A stretch of 64,000 nucleotides of DNA, from IMG/VR virus record IMGVR_UViG_3300024348_000008; one strand, written 5' to 3'. The notes beneath the pieces were generated by a model, which saw nothing but the letters and a program-made list of their open reading frames with translations, made no database searches and was not told the origin of the DNA. The position numbers and the translations under genes are program-made. This document shows, piece after piece, positions 11,285 through 21,223 of the stretch. The stretch is from a virus. Position 1 is the stretch's first letter. The number at the start of each line of letters is the position of its first letter.

Positions 11285-11623
11285 ATGTACAAATTTACTT
11301 ACAAAAACGAAGACTATTATTTTAATCCAGAGAATCCTGAGCCTAGTATGAATCTTGAGACTGGTGAGATGGAATATGGAGATAAACTTAAAAATGTATT
11401 AGGTATGACAAATGCAGAAGCACTACAATGCCATGCGGAAGGATTACTTAACGAACTCAGGGGAGAACGCGATCTAAGGTTGGCTAAATGTGATTGGGCT
11501 GGTTCATATGATGTTTCAGATTCTATTAAAGCTGTTTATGCACCGTATAGACAAGCTCTTCGTGATATTACAGATACATACACTAATTTAGATGACGTTG
11601 TATGGCCGGCATTAGAAGAATAA
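11285..11623 (+). CDS. Phage tail fibre assembly chaperone
   Basis: LRGERDLRLAKCDW...YRQALRDIT...VVWP; paralogue of 7295..7624. Confidence 0.75.
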   Translation: MYKFTYKNEDYYFNPENPEPSMNLETGEMEYGDKLKNVLGMTNAEALQCHAEGLLNELRGERDLRLAKCDWAGSYDVSDSIKAVYAPYRQALRDITDTYTNLDDVVWPALEE

Positions 11624-11655
11624 ATATTAATATGGTATTTGATAACACAATAGGA

Positions 11656-11663
11656 TATAAATA
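11656..11663 (+). promoter_or_regulatory. Late promoter TATAAATA
   Basis: Exact consensus, 5 nt before ATG 11669. Confidence 0.75.
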
Positions 11664-11668
11664 GTAAC

Positions 11669-14600
11669 ATGGCAAAATCAAAAGCAAGATATTTAGCAGA
11701 AATATTAGGATCAGACGGTAAAGTTCAAAAATCTAAATCAAAAGGTTTTACAGAACTTGCTGTAAGTGATTTGCCTGATAATATTACAAATGCTAAATTA
11801 CAAAATTCTAGTATAACTGTTGCTGGAGATTTAGTATCTCTTGGAGGCAGTGTTGCAATTGATACTTCTGAAATTACAGAACATACTAATGCTAAATTTC
11901 ATACTACTGCAAGAGCAAGATCTGCAATAAGTGCGACTGGTTCTTTATCATATAACTCCTCAACAGGTGTTATGTCATTTACAATGCCTGCACAAAATAC
12001 TTCTAATATTACAGAAGGTTCTAACTTATATTTTACAAATGCAAGAGCAGATGCAAGAATAACTGCTGCAGATACAGGAGATTTATCTGAAGGATCTAAT
12101 TTATACCATACAACTGCAAGAGCAAGAGCGGCAATAAGTGAAAACTCTACGCAATTAGCATATAATAGTAGCACAGGTGTATTAACATTTACACAAGGTG
12201 ATACTGACACTGTATCAGAAGGTTCTAACTTATATTATACTAATGCAAGAGCAGATGCAAGGGCAAATGCTCGTATTGCTGCATCAGATACAGGTGATTT
12301 ATCTGAAGGTTCTAATTTATATTATACTAATGCAAGAGCGGATGCAAGAATAGCAGCAGCAGATACCGGTGATTTATCAGAAGGTTCTAACTTATATTAT
12401 ACTAATGCAAGAGCAGATGCAAGAATAACAAATGCAGGTAGTGGAAATTGGAATACAGCATATGGATGGGGAAATCATGCCTCAGGCGGGTACGCGCCCC
12501 TGGCCGGGCCTGCCCTCACCGGTGCACCTACCGCCCCTACGGCCGCGGCAAATACAAATACAACACAGATTGCAACCACTGCTTATGTACAAACAGAACT
12601 TACCGATTTAATTGACGGAGCTCCAGGAACATTAGACTCATTAAATGAATTAGCCGCTGCGATCAACGACGATGCAAACTATAATTCAACTCTTACAACG
12701 GCATTAGGAACTAAAGTAGCAAAAACTTCTAATCAAGCATTAGGTACTGCGGCTAATGTTATGACAATTAGTGGTAATACAATTACACTTGCAAGAGGTG
12801 ATAGCACTACAGATACTGTTACGGTACCAGACACTAACACAACTTATACTGCAGGGACTAATATGTCTCTTAGCGGTACAGAATTTTCATCTACAAATAC
12901 AACATATTCTGTAGGCGATGGTGGTCTTACACAAAAGAATTTCACAACTACACTTAAATCTAAACTAGATGGTATAGCCGCTGGTGCCACTAATACAGCT
13001 GCTCCTCATTATACTTCTGCTATTGCAGTTGGAGATGGTGGTCTTACACAAAAGAATTTCACAACTGCTCTTAATACTAAACTAACAGGCATAGCCGCTA
13101 GTGCAAATAACTATACGCTACCTTTTACCGATAACTCAGCTAACTGGAATACTGCTTACGGTTGGGGTAACCATGCGAGTGCTGGATATGTAACTACTGA
13201 TAATAATACTACATATACTGCCGGAACAAATATGTCTCTTAGCGGTACAGAATTTTCATCTACAAATACAACATATTCTGTTGGAGATGGTGGATTAACA
13301 ACTAAAAACTTTACAGCAGCACTTAAAACTAAATTAGACGGCATTGAAACAAGTGCAACAGCAGATCAAACCGCAGTTCAGATATTAACTGCTATAAAAA
13401 CTGTAGATGGTGCAAGTTCTGGTTTAGATGCTGACTTATTAGATGGAATACATGGTGCTTCATTACTTAGATCAGATGTACATGATACTGGCGTAGGACT
13501 AGCTATAAACGGCGGAACTCTAAACCAAGCTCATGATTCAACCTTATATGTAACTGCAGGTAATAATAGTGACTGGGGTATTACAATTGGTGCTGCTTCA
13601 GGTAAAACTGAATACGGTATGCAAATTCAGATGCCCTCCTCATTCAATTACGCACTTAGAATTTTAAAGAACGGATCAGAGCACTTTAATGTTAATTCTA
13701 CTGGCGCAACAATTGGTGGAAACTATATTTGGCACGCTGGCAACGATGGTGCAAGTTCTGGTTTAGATGCTGACTTATTAGATGGACAACATGGTTCTTA
13801 TTACGCGGCAGCTAGTAGCTTAAGTAGTTACTTACCACTGTCGGGAGGTACTCTTTCTAGTTCTTTACATTTAGGAAATGATGTAGGATTAACATCTACT
13901 ACTACAGGTGAAACTTTACGTGTTTTATTCCCTGGTGGTGGCGCAAGAAAAAATAGCGGGTCAAGTGAAACTGGTGCAATTAAAATAACATTACCGGTTG
14001 GTATGACGAATAGTATGTTATCTGTTAAGGTTAGTGTCTATCAATATGATTCGCATGAATCTTTTGAAGTACATTTTGGTGGTTATAACTATCCTACTGG
14101 AAATACTTGGGCACACAATCCCTTTGGTTATATTACTGGATCTCCTAAAGCAAATCATGGACCTTATGCAATAAGATTTGGATATGATAGTAATAGTAAA
14201 GCTTGCGTTTATATTGGAGAAACTAATACTACTTGGTCTTATCCAACAATAAGTGTTACTGAAGCTGAAATAGGTTATTCTGGTTATACTAATACTTCAT
14301 GGGATAATGGTTGGGATGTATCAATTGTTACAAGTTTCGAAAATGTAACTGCTACAATAGCGGCCACCGAAACAAATATTGGTATTAGTTTAGCTAATGG
14401 AGTAACCCATCAGCAAACTGCTCAATTAAAATTAAAAGCTCATACAAATGGTTGGGCAGGTGGTTTGGCTCTGATTTCATCAGATGGATCTGATACTTTT
14501 CAAATTCATCCAGATGATAATGGTTATATGTATGTCGATAAAACATGGAATTTCTCGGCCGTACCTCATGTAGGTGTTGGAAACCCCGTTTGGTATACAG

Positions 14601-17497
14601 GCAATGACGGTTCTGGTAGTGGGTTGGATGCAGATTTGCTTGATGGAAATCATGCCTCTGCATTCTTAATAGCTTCTCCAACTAGTATAACAATTGATGG
14701 AACCCAAGATCAGACAATAAGTACTACCACCCATAGTTTAGAAATTAAAAATGCAGGCGCTACTAGTAGCGGTGGTTTAGTACTACAAGGATCAGACGGT
14801 ACACATGGTCTTCAGCTGTATTGGGACGGTAGTGGTGCTAACTATGGATTCTTAGATGGTGCATGGGCCAGTTGGGATATTCAAAAAGTTAGAAATGGTA
14901 CTTTTAAAGTTGACGAAGGTGCAGGTTTAAAACGAGTTCTTAACGAAGCTAACTGGTCAAGTTATATATCAAATAATAATCAGCTAACAAATGGTGCTGG
15001 TTATATTACCGCATCTGGTACTGCGAATCAGTCACACATGGTTTCAGGTTCTGCCTTTGGAACAACTAGTTCACCTAGTAGTGTTTTAGAATATCAACAA
15101 GCAAGCGGTCAGACCGATACAAGATTGGCTCCTTCTGGCGACTGGCATAACAGTATTCGAATGGGTCATGGTAACCCATATAATTACTACTCCAACACTA
15201 TTGCGGCAAGAATGACGGGCACAGGTTATGGAGATTTATACACTCAGTGCATTTATAACAATTCCGCACAAGGTTGGAGAAAGATTTGGAGTGCAGGCAA
15301 CGATGGTTCAGGTTCTGGATTAGACGCAGATTTACTTGATGGTGTTAATAGCGCTTCATTTCTAAGATCGGATACTGCAGATACATTTACTGGTACTCTC
15401 ACAATGGGTACACAATTTGCGTTAGTTCCCAATAATTATGGGCTTGGCCTGTTTGGTCTTTATGCATCTACTCGGTATCAACATGTTTGGTCAATGGGAA
15501 CAGCATATAAAACTTCTACTGATGGCACGTCATACGGTAATATATATGGTCTAACTTACACTCACCCAAACATTGGCACTGGTACTAATCAATCTATCTC
15601 AGGTTTAAGTCATCAGCTTCAGGGAAGAGAAAATGGTACATTGACCTGGGCTTTGGGCACAGGGATATGGACAGCTAATACTATTACTTCTGGGAACCAA
15701 GGTACTTTGTGGGGTTCAAGCAACGACGGCTCAGGCTCTGGTTTAGATGCTGATTTACTTGATGGACAACAAGGTTCTTACTATTCAGCTGCACACTCTC
15801 ATCCATATTTAGGTACATCAGCTAAAGCTGCCGACTCTGATTTATTTGATGGACATAATTCTGACAAATTTGTATTCGGTACTAGCGGATACGGTACTAC
15901 TAGTATGGGGTTTGCATCTATAACAAACCAAAAGTCAGGGTTTTACGATGTGCATAACAGCGGAACTCCTACATCAACATGGTACTCGCTTCTCAACATG
16001 GCTCATTATGGAACCAATCACGGGCATCAAATTGCTGGCTCGTTTTATAGCGCAGGAGATATCTATAATCGTAATAATAATAACACTAGTTTAAGTTCTT
16101 GGGCAAAGATATGGAACACTGCTAATGACGGTTCAGGTTCTGGATTAGACGCTGATTTGTTGGATGGCGTGCAAGGTAGTGGGTATGCTCGGTTAGGTGG
16201 CAGTAATCATGCAAGAACTTATCCAAATAGATGGTTTGCAACAGCAGATAGCGATAATATCATTGATTTTTATGATCAAAACCATGCAAAAGCCCATCTA
16301 GGAAATAGTAGTAAATATACAACCTCTAGGCCTGTTATTACATCAGATCAAAACTATTGGGTCGGCTCAATGGGATGGGGGAACGTTGATCTAAATACTA
16401 TCCTGAATTATGGATCAGGATTCTGGGATTCATGGAGTAGTCCCTCAAATAGACCTTCTACATATACTAGCCACTGGAATGGCTTTAACGCCATGCACTA
16501 TACAGCCAGTAGCACATATCACCACGGTATGCAGATGGCAATGGGTGCAGGTAATCCCGCACACACATATCTAAGGGGTTGGTGGTCTAGTAGTTCAGGT
16601 TATGCGTGGCAGAAAATATGGACAGACGGAAATGACGGCTCAGGTTCTGGATTAGATGCTGATTTATTAGATGGAAATCAAGCATCAGCATTTATGTTGG
16701 CTGGTGCTGCACCTAATGCTCATAATCACACCGGTGTTTATTTACCTATAGGTAGTAAGGCTGCTGACTCTGATCTGTTAGATGGTCTAAATTCGGCGTC
16801 TTCCGGGGCCGATATAGTTTTAAGAACCGACTCCAATTCTTATTTACAAATTAATAACTGGACACAGGTTGGTGGAGCCGGTATGTATTCATCCAGTGTT
16901 AATGGTTTCCACTGGTATGCTAATAATAGCTTTACTTATGGTTGTGGAAGATTAAACGGTGCAAGAAATGGTTATTCTGGTATTGTTCTAGATACCGGTG
17001 GGGATGTTGTTCTCGGCATGTATGATTCAGGTGGTAATGGTGGAGATTATAATACAAGTAGTGGATGGCATTCTTATTACCATAGAGGCAATGATTGTTT
17101 AGGAATTGCTGAATCAACCACATCAAGCTCATATGGATGTTATGTTACTGGTGCAATATATGCAACCGGTGATGTTGTAGGTTCTTCTGATGTAAGGCTG
17201 AAAAAGAATATAAATACTATTGAGAATGGTTTAGCTAAAGTTGAGAAACTAAGAGGTGTTACATACGAATGGAAAGATGCAAAAGAATCTGGTTCGGATG
17301 GAAATAATATAACCCCAGAAAGAATGGGTGTTATTGCTCAGGAAATTATAGATATAGTACCTGAAGTTGTAACACACGATAAAGAAAACGATCGATATGG
17401 TGTTTCTTATGGTCATTTAACAGGTGTACTTATCGAAGCTATAAAAGAACTAAGTGATAAAGTAAAAGAATTAGAGAAAAAATTAGAGGAAAAATAA
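11669..17497 (+). CDS. Long tail fibre with C-terminal intramolecular chaperone (peptidase S74-type), 1942 aa
   Basis: C-terminal SDVRLKKNI...GVIAQEI...VSYGHLTGVLIEAIKEL; 7 GLDADLLDG repeats and 5 EGSNLY repeats. Confidence 0.85.
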   Translation: MAKSKARYLAEILGSDGKVQKSKSKGFTELAVSDLPDNITNAKLQNSSITVAGDLVSLGGSVAIDTSEITEHTNAKFHTTARARSAISATGSLSYNSSTGVMSFTMPAQNTSNITEGSNLYFTNARADARITAADTGDLSEGSNLYHTTARARAAISENSTQLAYNSSTGVLTFTQGDTDTVSEGSNLYYTNARADARANARIAASDTGDLSEGSNLYYTNARADARIAAADTGDLSEGSNLYYTNARADARITNAGSGNWNTAYGWGNHASGGYAPLAGPALTGAPTAPTAAANTNTTQIATTAYVQTELTDLIDGAPGTLDSLNELAAAINDDANYNSTLTTALGTKVAKTSNQALGTAANVMTISGNTITLARGDSTTDTVTVPDTNTTYTAGTNMSLSGTEFSSTNTTYSVGDGGLTQKNFTTTLKSKLDGIAAGATNTAAPHYTSAIAVGDGGLTQKNFTTALNTKLTGIAASANNYTLPFTDNSANWNTAYGWGNHASAGYVTTDNNTTYTAGTNMSLSGTEFSSTNTTYSVGDGGLTTKNFTAALKTKLDGIETSATADQTAVQILTAIKTVDGASSGLDADLLDGIHGASLLRSDVHDTGVGLAINGGTLNQAHDSTLYVTAGNNSDWGITIGAASGKTEYGMQIQMPSSFNYALRILKNGSEHFNVNSTGATIGGNYIWHAGNDGASSGLDADLLDGQHGSYYAAASSLSSYLPLSGGTLSSSLHLGNDVGLTSTTTGETLRVLFPGGGARKNSGSSETGAIKITLPVGMTNSMLSVKVSVYQYDSHESFEVHFGGYNYPTGNTWAHNPFGYITGSPKANHGPYAIRFGYDSNSKACVYIGETNTTWSYPTISVTEAEIGYSGYTNTSWDNGWDVSIVTSFENVTATIAATETNIGISLANGVTHQQTAQLKLKAHTNGWAGGLALISSDGSDTFQIHPDDNGYMYVDKTWNFSAVPHVGVGNPVWYTGNDGSGSGLDADLLDGNHASAFLIASPTSITIDGTQDQTISTTTHSLEIKNAGATSSGGLVLQGSDGTHGLQLYWDGSGANYGFLDGAWASWDIQKVRNGTFKVDEGAGLKRVLNEANWSSYISNNNQLTNGAGYITASGTANQSHMVSGSAFGTTSSPSSVLEYQQASGQTDTRLAPSGDWHNSIRMGHGNPYNYYSNTIAARMTGTGYGDLYTQCIYNNSAQGWRKIWSAGNDGSGSGLDADLLDGVNSASFLRSDTADTFTGTLTMGTQFALVPNNYGLGLFGLYASTRYQHVWSMGTAYKTSTDGTSYGNIYGLTYTHPNIGTGTNQSISGLSHQLQGRENGTLTWALGTGIWTANTITSGNQGTLWGSSNDGSGSGLDADLLDGQQGSYYSAAHSHPYLGTSAKAADSDLFDGHNSDKFVFGTSGYGTTSMGFASITNQKSGFYDVHNSGTPTSTWYSLLNMAHYGTNHGHQIAGSFYSAGDIYNRNNNNTSLSSWAKIWNTANDGSGSGLDADLLDGVQGSGYARLGGSNHARTYPNRWFATADSDNIIDFYDQNHAKAHLGNSSKYTTSRPVITSDQNYWVGSMGWGNVDLNTILNYGSGFWDSWSSPSNRPSTYTSHWNGFNAMHYTASSTYHHGMQMAMGAGNPAHTYLRGWWSSSSGYAWQKIWTDGNDGSGSGLDADLLDGNQASAFMLAGAAPNAHNHTGVYLPIGSKAADSDLLDGLNSASSGADIVLRTDSNSYLQINNWTQVGGAGMYSSSVNGFHWYANNSFTYGCGRLNGARNGYSGIVLDTGGDVVLGMYDSGGNGGDYNTSSGWHSYYHRGNDCLGIAESTTSSSYGCYVTGAIYATGDVVGSSDVRLKKNINTIENGLAKVEKLRGVTYEWKDAKESGSDGNNITPERMGVIAQEIIDIVPEVVTHDKENDRYGVSYGHLTGVLIEAIKELSDKVKELEKKLEEK
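12860..13281 (+). repeat. Intragenic 53-bp exact direct repeat (12860-12912 and 13229-13281)
   Basis: AATATGTCTCTTAGCGGTACAGAATTTTCATCTACAAATACAACATATTCTGT occurs twice, indicating a recent internal duplication. Confidence 0.85.
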
Positions 17498-17673
17498 TGG
17501 CAACAATGAGAACAGCAACATTTTACGATGGGCCTTCAACGCCTACCGCTGATGATGACGATAAGCTTATTATCGATTACGATGATAACACACAAAAGAT
17601 TTTTGATAAAGACAGCAATGTCTCTGCCGAAGATACAAAAGTTAAAGCAATTTATAATGCTTGCTTTAGTTAA
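17497..17673 (+). CDS. Small acidic hypothetical protein, 58 aa (not in the ORF track)
   Basis: The ATG overlaps the fibre TAA and has GAGGA upstream. MATMRTATFYDGPSTPTADDDDKLII...YNACFS*. Confidence 0.7.
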   Translation: MATMRTATFYDGPSTPTADDDDKLIIDYDDNTQKIFDKDSNVSAEDTKVKAIYNACFS

Positions 17674-17694
17674 TTAATTATATAGGAAAATAAA

Positions 17695-17982
17695 ATGGCA
17701 ATTACATATAAAATAGACGAAACCTTTACTGGTAAAAGAACTACATCAATGCCTGATCCGGATAATGAAGGTGAAACTATTGATGAAGAAAATGATGTTA
17801 GAGATGTTATAGTAACATTTACTTCAGACTCTCCGGCTCTTACTCATACTAGAAACGTTAACGTTTGTTATAAAGCTGATGGTACTACATATGACGCCGA
17901 TGCAACAATAGCTAGAATTGAAGAAGTAGCATTAGGTATCGCACATAAAGTAGATATCGGTGTTATAGCACCAGCTAGTTAG
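17695..17982 (+). CDS. Hypothetical protein (fibre-associated)
   Basis: 95-aa ORF with an AGGA SD, in the fibre operon. Confidence 0.7.
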   Translation: MAITYKIDETFTGKRTTSMPDPDNEGETIDEENDVRDVIVTFTSDSPALTHTRNVNVCYKADGTTYDADATIARIEEVALGIAHKVDIGVIAPAS

Positions 17983-17994
17983 TAGGAATAAAAC

Positions 17995-18465
17995 ATGGGA
18001 GTTCCTAATAGTAATCCCACTTCACTTAGCGTTGTAACTACAGAGTTTGGCGGAGGTGGATCTATGCGGGCTGCTGCTGCAGCTGCGGGTTTATCTACAC
18101 CAGACGGTTTAGCCGAATTCAAAGGAATGTCTGCTGCGTGGTCAACAACTATGACAATAGGATCACAAACTGCCAAACCTGGTACAAGATATGGTTATAT
18201 TCCAGGAGTTTCAGTAGGAAGTTTAGGAGATACTACTGTTGATACTTTAAGTGGTACACAAATTAACGGTCTACATACTAACTTTTCGGGAGTAGGAGTA
18301 TTATTAACATGGAATGGAAGTTTGCAGACTGGCTGGACATCAATAACAATAGGATCAAATACTATTAATAGATCATCGTTTAGCACATATAGTACTGTAC
18401 ATTCACTTACTTCTGGTAATTATATAGCCACTTCAGGAACTCAAACTATAACGTTTAATATTTAG
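17995..18465 (+). CDS. Putative fibre-tip adhesin / small virion protein
   Basis: N-terminal VPNSNPTSLSVVTTEFGG motif typical of small proteins following S74 fibres; G/S/T-rich. Confidence 0.5.
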   Translation: MGVPNSNPTSLSVVTTEFGGGGSMRAAAAAAGLSTPDGLAEFKGMSAAWSTTMTIGSQTAKPGTRYGYIPGVSVGSLGDTTVDTLSGTQINGLHTNFSGVGVLLTWNGSLQTGWTSITIGSNTINRSSFSTYSTVHSLTSGNYIATSGTQTITFNI

Positions 18466-18479
18466 AATTCGAATTTATT

Positions 18480-19766
18480 ATGAACATATTGAACTATAAT
18501 TTGCCTAAGGCACATTTCCACTCATTAATAGAATTAGTAAAATCGGGTCATATAGTATATACTAATTGGCATGATACCACAAAGTATGAACCGTCTTTTG
18601 GAATAAATCATCTAGAAAATAATGATAATCTTATTGTAGCCACAGCTTCTGGCCCATTTATAAATGATGAAGAAAAAGAAGAAAGACAAAATGAGTTAAT
18701 ATCCCTTACAGAAAAGCTTATTAATGAATATAATATAGATATTTTACAAGTATGTATTCCAACTGCTGGGTTTCTTCATGATCATTTTGCCGATAAAGTA
18801 CAATATATAGGTCCTTCTGTAAAGGCAAGTAGATTAGAAACAGACAAACTTTATTCAAAATATTTAGCCCAAGAGCTAAAATATAAAATACCTAAACTTA
18901 TACGTAGTGGTAAATATTCGAATGAAAATTACTGTAAAGATTTAACATTTCCATGTATAGAAAAACCATCATATACTTGGAATCCAGCGTGTATATTTAA
19001 TTCTGAAAAAGACGCTCAACGAGCGATAGAGCAATTTCGAAATAGGGAATGGCCTAGACATCAAGATTTTCATTATTATATTGAAGAATATATACATGAT
19101 ATGATAGAAACTAATGTATTTTTTGTTATATCTAATGGAAAATATGTTATAACACACACTCAACAAATAATAGGAGAAAATCTTAATAAAACTGTTGATG
19201 CAAACGTTTGGTATTTTGGTTCATATATTAAACCACTTACAAAAGAAAATGATTTATTGGTAAGACAAAAGGCTCATAATTATTTAAATTATATTGCTAA
19301 AATGGATGGTTGGAAAAATTATGGGTGTTGGGAAGGAAGTTTTTGTGGAGCATTAACTTCTGATAATGAATGGTATTTTTTAGAAGTAAATGTTCGACCA
19401 GATATATTTAACAGTACTCCAATATTTATGACAGGAGACGAATATCTTAAAGGAATGTTTGAAGATATTAATATAATAGAAAATGCATGGAAAGATAAAA
19501 ATATAGAAAAGTTATTAATAACAACAAATGATTCATCTAATGAATATCCTATACATTTACATGACAAATATGGAGTATCATATCCTAATAATTTAGAAAT
19601 TGGAGATAATGGAAAATATTTTGGTAGTATTTATGGAATAACAAATCATAATAATCAATTAACTGGCTCTGGTACAATAATAGCAGATGTGAATATACCT
19701 ATAGAATTTATAAAAGAAATAGAAGAAACTACAGATTGGACATTTAATGAAGAACCTAATATATAA
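18480..19766 (+). CDS. ATP-grasp ligase, distantly PurD-like
   Basis: IGPSVKASRLETDKLYSK (cf. PurD FGPxxxAAxLExSK), PCIEKP, YIEEYI and FLEVNVRP (ExNxR). Confidence 0.7.
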   Translation: MNILNYNLPKAHFHSLIELVKSGHIVYTNWHDTTKYEPSFGINHLENNDNLIVATASGPFINDEEKEERQNELISLTEKLINEYNIDILQVCIPTAGFLHDHFADKVQYIGPSVKASRLETDKLYSKYLAQELKYKIPKLIRSGKYSNENYCKDLTFPCIEKPSYTWNPACIFNSEKDAQRAIEQFRNREWPRHQDFHYYIEEYIHDMIETNVFFVISNGKYVITHTQQIIGENLNKTVDANVWYFGSYIKPLTKENDLLVRQKAHNYLNYIAKMDGWKNYGCWEGSFCGALTSDNEWYFLEVNVRPDIFNSTPIFMTGDEYLKGMFEDINIIENAWKDKNIEKLLITTNDSSNEYPIHLHDKYGVSYPNNLEIGDNGKYFGSIYGITNHNNQLTGSGTIIADVNIPIEFIKEIEETTDWTFNEEPNI

Positions 19767-20472
19767 ATATGAAATCAATAATTACGAAGAAGTTAACAAA
19801 AATTTATTAGATTTTTTTGATACATTACCAACTAAAATAGGTACTCAAGAATATAATTTAGGTATTAGTAAATTTGATGGTCATAATCATTATACCTCTC
19901 CATTCTTACCACCCGAATGGCAATATCAAGATTTAACAAATGACTATCTACTAGATTTAACATTATCTAATAATACAAAACCCGAACTTGAACCTACTCC
20001 TTGGAAAGTATATGAAGAACAAGAACCTCATGTTGCTTACAAGAAAATATTTTTAGATTCTGCAGAAAATAAATTTCGCGAACATGCTAAATTTCATATT
20101 CAACCAGAAATAACCGGTTTAGAATATAGATTTAATATTATGCATATGTGGTATCATCAAATGAAAAAATCAGACTTTATTAGTTGGGATAATCATCAAT
20201 ATTGTCAATGGTCTGGTGTATATTTTATAGAAATACCTGATACAAAGTATATTACTGAGTTTTTAGATCCAGAAACACAACAAATTATAAAACCAGACGC
20301 AAAAGCCGGTGATATGCTTATATTTCCTTCTTGGTTATTGCATCGTGCACCAATAATAGAAGATGATGTACGTAAAAGTATTATAGCATGGAATATGGAT
20401 ATTTGTTATGTATTTCCAGATAAACACATAAAAAAATTAAAAGAGACGCATCCAGAAAATTGGAAGTTATAA
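19747..20472 (+). CDS. 2OG-Fe(II) oxygenase-family protein
   Basis: WDNHxxxxWSGVYF...GDMLIFPSWLLH...RKSIIAWN. Confidence 0.75.
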   Translation: MKNLIYKYEINNYEEVNKNLLDFFDTLPTKIGTQEYNLGISKFDGHNHYTSPFLPPEWQYQDLTNDYLLDLTLSNNTKPELEPTPWKVYEEQEPHVAYKKIFLDSAENKFREHAKFHIQPEITGLEYRFNIMHMWYHQMKKSDFISWDNHQYCQWSGVYFIEIPDTKYITEFLDPETQQIIKPDAKAGDMLIFPSWLLHRAPIIEDDVRKSIIAWNMDICYVFPDKHIKKLKETHPENWKL

Positions 20473-20508
20473 ATAGATCTAGACAGATTAATGGTAAACT
20501 TTAAAGAG

Positions 20509-20516
20509 TATAAATA
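20509..20516 (+). promoter_or_regulatory. Late promoter TATAAATA (a second copy at 20468-20475)
   Basis: Exact consensus, 5 nt before ATG 20522. Confidence 0.7.
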
Positions 20517-20521
20517 GAACT

Positions 20522-21223
20522 ATGGAATATAAAATCACAGCCTTAACATTAGTTGAAATGCAAGATTTAATAGATGACGGGACTTTTTCTAGTTGTTTTC
20601 AATCTTCTTTACCTCAATTAAAACACGCAACAAAGCCAACATATAATTGGGATCATCTTACCGGTGATTTATTAAATGATAATAATATGTACGACGAAAT
20701 TAGGGGTACGTTTATTAATACTTCTGGTTGGGATTCTCATAGAATACAAAAAATAACAGAAAAACCAGATGGTGGAGTAGAACGAATAATTGCATTAAGA
20801 GTTGGTTATTATGGACCAACACAACATTGGATTGATGATGGTGTAGATCAAAGTAATTTTTATTGGGCCCATGTAGAATTAACTAGAAATGATGGAAATG
20901 GTTCTAAATCGTGGATATATGATCCAGATTTTTTAAAAATTGAAGGTCCGTTTTATAAAGCTTTAGGAATTACAAACTGGAAAATGTTAATGGTACCTAA
21001 TACAGATTATACTGATTCAATAACAACTCAAGCTAATTTGAGATTAAATAGTGATTCATTTAAAACACCAATATGGTCAGATTTAGATATTACATATAAT
21101 AGTAGAGATTTTGCAATTAAACATAATGCAAAGGCCGAAAATGAAGATTTCCAACTAGATCTTAATGTACATCCAGATACTGATATTACTAATAGTTGGA
21201 AAAATTTGGAGTTTAATATTTAA
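20522..21223 (+). CDS. Hypothetical protein
   Basis: 233-aa ORF behind a late promoter; no family recognised. Confidence 0.7.
   Translation: MEYKITALTLVEMQDLIDDGTFSSCFQSSLPQLKHATKPTYNWDHLTGDLLNDNNMYDEIRGTFINTSGWDSHRIQKITEKPDGGVERIIALRVGYYGPTQHWIDDGVDQSNFYWAHVELTRNDGNGSKSWIYDPDFLKIEGPFYKALGITNWKMLMVPNTDYTDSITTQANLRLNSDSFKTPIWSDLDITYNSRDFAIKHNAKAENEDFQLDLNVHPDTDITNSWKNLEFNI

Noticed and set aside
12000-12430. Regularly spaced DNA repeats resembling a CRISPR array
   Set aside because: They are in-frame EGSNLY protein repeats with synonymous variation; there are no unique spacers and no cas genes.
231-17497. Diversity-generating retroelement or invertase shufflon acting on the fibres
   Set aside because: No reverse transcriptase or site-specific recombinase in the window. 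The repeats are direct and show no adenine-specific mismatch pattern.
18480-19766. purD auxiliary metabolic gene
   Set aside because: Only the ATP-grasp core is recognisable; the PurD substrate-binding motifs are absent.
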